Shown here: positions 32,380 through 36,508 of the stretch, piece by piece
Position numbering within the stretch: position 1 is the first letter of the stretch
How the letters are laid out: every line of letters begins with the position of its first letter
Origin: Octopus bimaculoides
Lineage: Eukaryota
Direction: 5' to 3'
Assembly (NCBI RefSeq): GCF_001194135.2
Contig: NC_069001.1
Coordinates: forward strand, 37,409,836 to 37,446,343
Length of the DNA stretch: 36,508 nucleotides
The notes under the pieces: generated by a model
Told to the model about the DNA's origin: nothing
The model's input: the letters and a program-made list of their open reading frames with translations, nothing else
Database searches by the model: none
Made by a program: the position numbers and the translations under genes

Positions 32380-32925
32380 ACCATGGGGTACTTTGAGCAA
32401 AATGTCTTCAACTATAGCCCTTGGCCAACCACCAATGCCTTGTGAGTGAATTTGGTAGATAGAAACTGTATGGAAGCCCATCAACTATAATAAAAATAAT
32501 TTTACATTAATCTGAGGTGTTACTTAGTACGTTTGGAGAGTATATGTTTCTAAGTTAGACTAAAATATTGTTGACAGTGACTTCAAAGTTTTGGCCAGTT
32601 GAAGCCATTATTGGATTGCCTGATGATGGCTTAATTGGCCATAAGTTCAAAGTTACTGTCAACAAATTTCTTGTTCGTGAATAAATATGTGTGTGTGTTT
32701 GTGTCTCCCCACCTACATGTTGCTAAACGACCGGTGTCGTTTTGTTTATATCCTTGTATCTAAATGATTTGACAAACGAGACCAATGGAATACGTATCAG
32801 ACTTTAACCCCCCCCACCCCCACCCCATAAATATTGGAGTTGATTTGTTGAGATCAACTAAAATCCTTCAAAGTGGTGCTCCAGCCTGACCACAGGCCAA
32901 TGACTGAAGGAAGTAAATAAAAAAA
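32380..32925 (+). mobile_element. SINE family C split by a ~200-bp insertion (32490-32685)
   Basis: 5' body ends GGAAGCCCATC at about 32482; 3' body resumes at (GT)n about 32687 and ends GTGGTGCTCCAGCCTGACCACAGGCCAATGACTGAA. Confidence 0.75.
32570..32663. ncRNA. 94-bp imperfect palindrome made of two back-to-back degenerate hammerhead motifs
   Basis: Arms GTTGACAGTGACTTCAAAGTTTTGGCCAGTTGAAGCCATTAT / ATGATGGCTTAATTGGCCATAAGTTCAAAGTTACTGTCAAC; joint consensus CUGAUGA-U-GGC...GCC-GAAA-CUUCGAAG-UC^ACUGUC. Confidence 0.6.
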
Positions 32926-33409
32926 AAAGAGAAAAGAAAAGAAAAGGAAAATGAATTAAGTTTTAATTTTCTTGGGTGGATAATTAAGTGACAGAGTCGT
33001 TCTTAGCCCCATTTCTCCACTCCCTGTCCCCTCCAGTGCCCCAACCCACTCCCACTCCCTGTTTTGAGAATTTTGTTAAGGGTATAGGGATGGTATTGAG
33101 TATAAAAGGGTCATAAGAGGTTGTTAGGAGACAAAGTATCCTTTGACCCCTTTACATTCAATGTATTGACCCCTTTAATACCATCCTGGATTGAGTCTGT
33201 CCATCTCTCTGTGCATCTGTATGTACTAAAGGGTTTGTATTTAAATTAAAATGTCATTATAACATAAATGTATCAGGAGATTTAAATGGCACTAATTAGT
33301 GACGGTTTTGGCCATGACATTTACTCAAGAAATGACAACCCCATCGTTAATTAACTCCTTGTCTCTCTCTCTCTCTATATATATATATAGATATGTGTGT
33401 GTATATATA

Positions 33410-33462
<53 letters not shown>

Positions 33463-34481
33463 TGAAGAACTGCTGCAATAATTATGTGAATCTGAGAGGG
33501 GAATATATTGAATAAAATCATAATTAACTGATCCTCCTGTATTTTCTTTTACCCAAAGCCAGGAACTTTTCAGCTTCCCTTGTATATGTATGTATAAGGT
33601 TTTCTAAGGGCACATGTCCTAGTAGTTGGGGGGGGGGGTTTGCACTCATGATCACGAGATCATGGTTTCAATTCCTGTACAGTGTGCGTGTGTGTGTGTG
33701 TGTGTGTGTGTTCTATGATCAATGTTTCTTTATCTCTGTCACAATTACATTTGAGCACTTCTATAGACGCTCCCTGATCATTGTTTGGTGTCAGAAAGGT
33801 ACTGACCCCAGTGACTGTCGTTTTTCGAAACCCATAATCACCCATGTTTTTGATTTACCAGTTGCCATGCGAGATTCAATACAAATGAAACCTCACATCA
33901 CCACACAACATAAACAGCCTTAAACAACAAAAGAGAAATATTTCAAACACAAATTACCTCTAACATAATCAATCAGGCATTAACTATGACCTAAAAAAAA
34001 GATACTCTAAACCTGAAAATTATGATCTACTCTCATATAATAACCTATTTCTGTTGCCTTTGAACAATTCTATTTTCCTCTTCTAACCAGTCCGTTTATA
34101 TTCATCTACATTTACATAAGAGTTCTGTCATGACTGGTTTGACATATGTAGTGAAATCTAGTTGAATGATGAGGTCAAAATAAGAGTGAAACATTCCAGA
34201 ATTTTCTCCCTTTACATGTTGTTGTGGTGAGAGTCATTGACACCCCTGGCGGATTGGAGAATGGACTAGCTGAACTCTTATAAAGAGTAGTAGTCAGTGG
34301 TAGTGGGTAGAGCATTTTGGATCTTGGTAGTCTTGCGAACACATTGATTAAACCTCCACTTCATTAATAATATGTCCAAGGATATAAAATGTTGAAGTAT
34401 CTAAGGAACCATTTGTCATTGATTAATATTGATTTTATCTTGCTATATATTTATTTTGGCTAGATTTGGTTACTCTCTACA

Positions 34482-34707
34482 TTAACCTTTTAGCATTTAA
34501 ACCGACCATGTCTGGCCCAAATATTGATACTTGTTTTATGTACAGACTCGCCATATTCAACCTCTCACACCTACACTGCAATGTCATACTAAAAATAAAC
34601 AAGCATATCATTGAAATCTCAGCACAAAAAGACAATGCATGATTAATTCAAAACAATGTGAATAAATAAGCATTGCATTTGGCAGAATAATCTGGATTAA
34701 ATAAGTT
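34482..34707. mobile_element. Possible piggyBac-like MITE
   Basis: TTAA-CCTTTTAGCATT left end; right end degenerate. Confidence 0.35.
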
Positions 34708-34889
34708 AGCACTAAGTGCTCTGTCTACCTATCTGTCAGTTTATCTACATAACTATCTCCCAAACAAGCTAACTTTCTATCTAACTAGATCGATATCTAC
34801 AGAGTGTTTAGGCTATATTTGACAGTTTGCATAAGAGGAAAAAAAAAAACACAAGATCCTATCCAAAAATAGAAATAGTTTTAAAATAA

Positions 34890-35232
34890 TCAAAGACTAT
34901 CCTGGCACTTGTGCCCGTGACATGTGTAAGGATTTTCGAGCAAGATCGTTGCCAGTGCCCGTGGACTGGCTCTTGTGTGGGTGGCACATAAAATACACCA
35001 TTTCGAGCGTGGCCGTTGCCAGTACCGCCTGACTGGCCTTCGGGCGGGTGACACGTAAAAGCACCCACTACACTCTCTGAGTGGTTGGCGTTAGAAAGGG
35101 CATCCAGCTGTAGAAACTCTGCCAAATCAGATTGGAGCCTGGTGTTGCCATCTGGTTTCACCAGTCCTCAGTCAAATCGTCGAACCCATGCTAGCATGGA
35201 AAGCGGATGTTAAACGATGATGATGATGATGA
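34890..35232 (+). mobile_element. Young non-autonomous retroposon with RTE-type (GAT)n tail
   Basis: Internal ~58-bp repeats (GTTGCCAGT...GACTGGC...GG(C/T)G.CAC.TAAAA), then GGCGTTAGAAAGGGCATCCAGCTG...CCATGCTAGCATGGAAAGCGGATGTTAAAC(GAT)n; tail similar to the LINE at 7620-7697. Confidence 0.85.
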
Positions 35233-35269
35233 TCACCTAATTTATGGCTGGGAGATAATTGTTTACTTA

Positions 35270-35960
35270 AAGTAGCTTCCTCAGCTTCCACTCAAGACAG
35301 CTCTCACATGTTTTCCCCACTGTGTCCCTGGAAAGACCTCCAAACATCTCCTTCATCTTGGCCACCAACTCTGCTTTGGTGTTGCAGGCAGAATGATTGA
35401 TGTCCTCAAACAGGCTCCACACACACATTTAACAATCCATGGGATTACAATCGGCAGGATTAGGAAGCCAGAAATTGGGGCTGGTGAAGTCATAGAAATT
35501 CTCCAACCACTACTTCTGATGAGACTCTTTCTTGGGGTATGGCAAGGAACCAAATCCTGCTGCCACACATATGACCTTCCAGCAGCAACCCTTGCCAGCC
35601 AGGGATTGACCAGTCTCCAGCTGCTTCATTTATCCCTCTGAATTGAACTTAATGTCCAGTTCGAAGATGTGGGGATCTACCCCAGTGTGCAGATACAGTC
35701 AGAATGCCTGCCGTGTGTCTTCCTGCTGGCCACAGCTTCACAGTCTCCATTGCAGCTGTCCATGTCATCATGTCTTATGTGCATCACAGTCTTCACAGAG
35801 AATTGAGTAGCAGTTATGATGATTGCATTTTGGTACCTGGGGCAAATCATCATAATACAGGTAACTCTTTTCCAATATTCACACGGCTTCCAGTCCTCCA
35901 TGTCAGCCAACTTTTTCTCAACTACAGTTTTAACATTCATGTTCTCAAACACCATTGACT
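35270..35960 (-). mobile_element. Second decayed DD37D/maT-type mariner transposase
   Basis: GRSYVWQQDLVPCHT, FTSPNFWLPNPADCNPMD, NTKAELVAKMKEMF; N-terminal part MMICPRYQNAIIITATQFSVKTVMHIR; internal deletion. Confidence 0.8.
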
Positions 35961-36365
35961 GTTTGCCAACACTTCAAGTTATTCCTGAAAAAGGAGACAA
36001 ACAATTGTCAAATTTAGCCATAATACCCTGTATCTATCTGTATGCCAATCTGTTTGGCTTTCATTTTATCTATTTGTCTGTCTGTCTATATATCTCTCTA
36101 TCTTTATCTATCTATCTATGTAGGTCTCTCTTTCTCTCTCTCTATGCATATATACGTACAAGTATGTGCATACCTGCATCTACCTGTATATATAGGTGCA
36201 TATCTGGGTATAGGACATTGCAAACAAAACGTAGACAAAAAAATAATAATAACCAGAGTACAGAAAACGCACAGGCCACATAGAAAACATTTTCCTTCAT
36301 CAGCTACCCCCATTTTAACACAGACATTTCGAAGAGTAGATATATATATATATATATATATATAT

Positions 36366-36508
36366 ATCATCATCATCATCATCATCGTTTAACGTCCGCT
36401 TTCCATGCTAGCATGGGTTGGACGATTTGACTGAGGACTGGTGAAACCGGATGGCAACACCAGGCTCCAGTCTGATTTGGCAGAGTTTCTACAGCTGGAT
36501 GCCCTTCC
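36366..36508 (-). mobile_element. Second copy of the 34890-35232 retroposon, opposite orientation, cut by window end
   Basis: About 5 mismatches over ~140 bp versus 35094-35232. Confidence 0.9.

Noticed and set aside
36430-36455. CTGAGGA-CTGGT-GAAACCGG as a minimal hammerhead (also 35150-35175)
   Set aside because: No stem II pairing, no U16.1/NUH in register, no stem I.

Overview
AT-rich, microsatellite-saturated eukaryotic genomic DNA with seven N-gaps. The repeat content (tRNA-derived SINEs with internal microsatellites, RTE LINEs with (GAT)n tails) indicates an octopus/coleoid cephalopod genome; this is an inference from recognised repeats. Host coding content is sparse: two in-frame minus-strand exons of an unidentified gene (2443-2207, split by a gap, and 1201-1067), candidate 5' exons near 9.7 kb (-) and 19.1/20.0 kb (+), and a compact 78-aa membrane-protein ORF at 15157-14921 (-). 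Most long ORFs in the supplied track are microsatellite or gap artefacts. The rest is transposon debris: RTE, CR1/L2-like, Penelope-like (PLE), DD37D mariner, hAT/pogo/Tc1 MITEs and several SINE families. The main unexpected signal is a dense set of type I hammerhead ribozyme (HHR) motifs: one fully canonical (24074-24146), four near-canonical (343-425, 11478-11515, 18467-18552, 22415-22483), one degenerate back-to-back pair (32570-32663) and three 3'-half copies (about 8.0, 16.9 and 20.2 kb). Each has a self-complementary stem III, with six different palindromes in total. They lie beside microsatellites and around a rearranged PLE whose GIY-YIG nuclease carries a ~90-aa low-complexity stretch. 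All structures and alignments were read by eye; no folding or database search was run.
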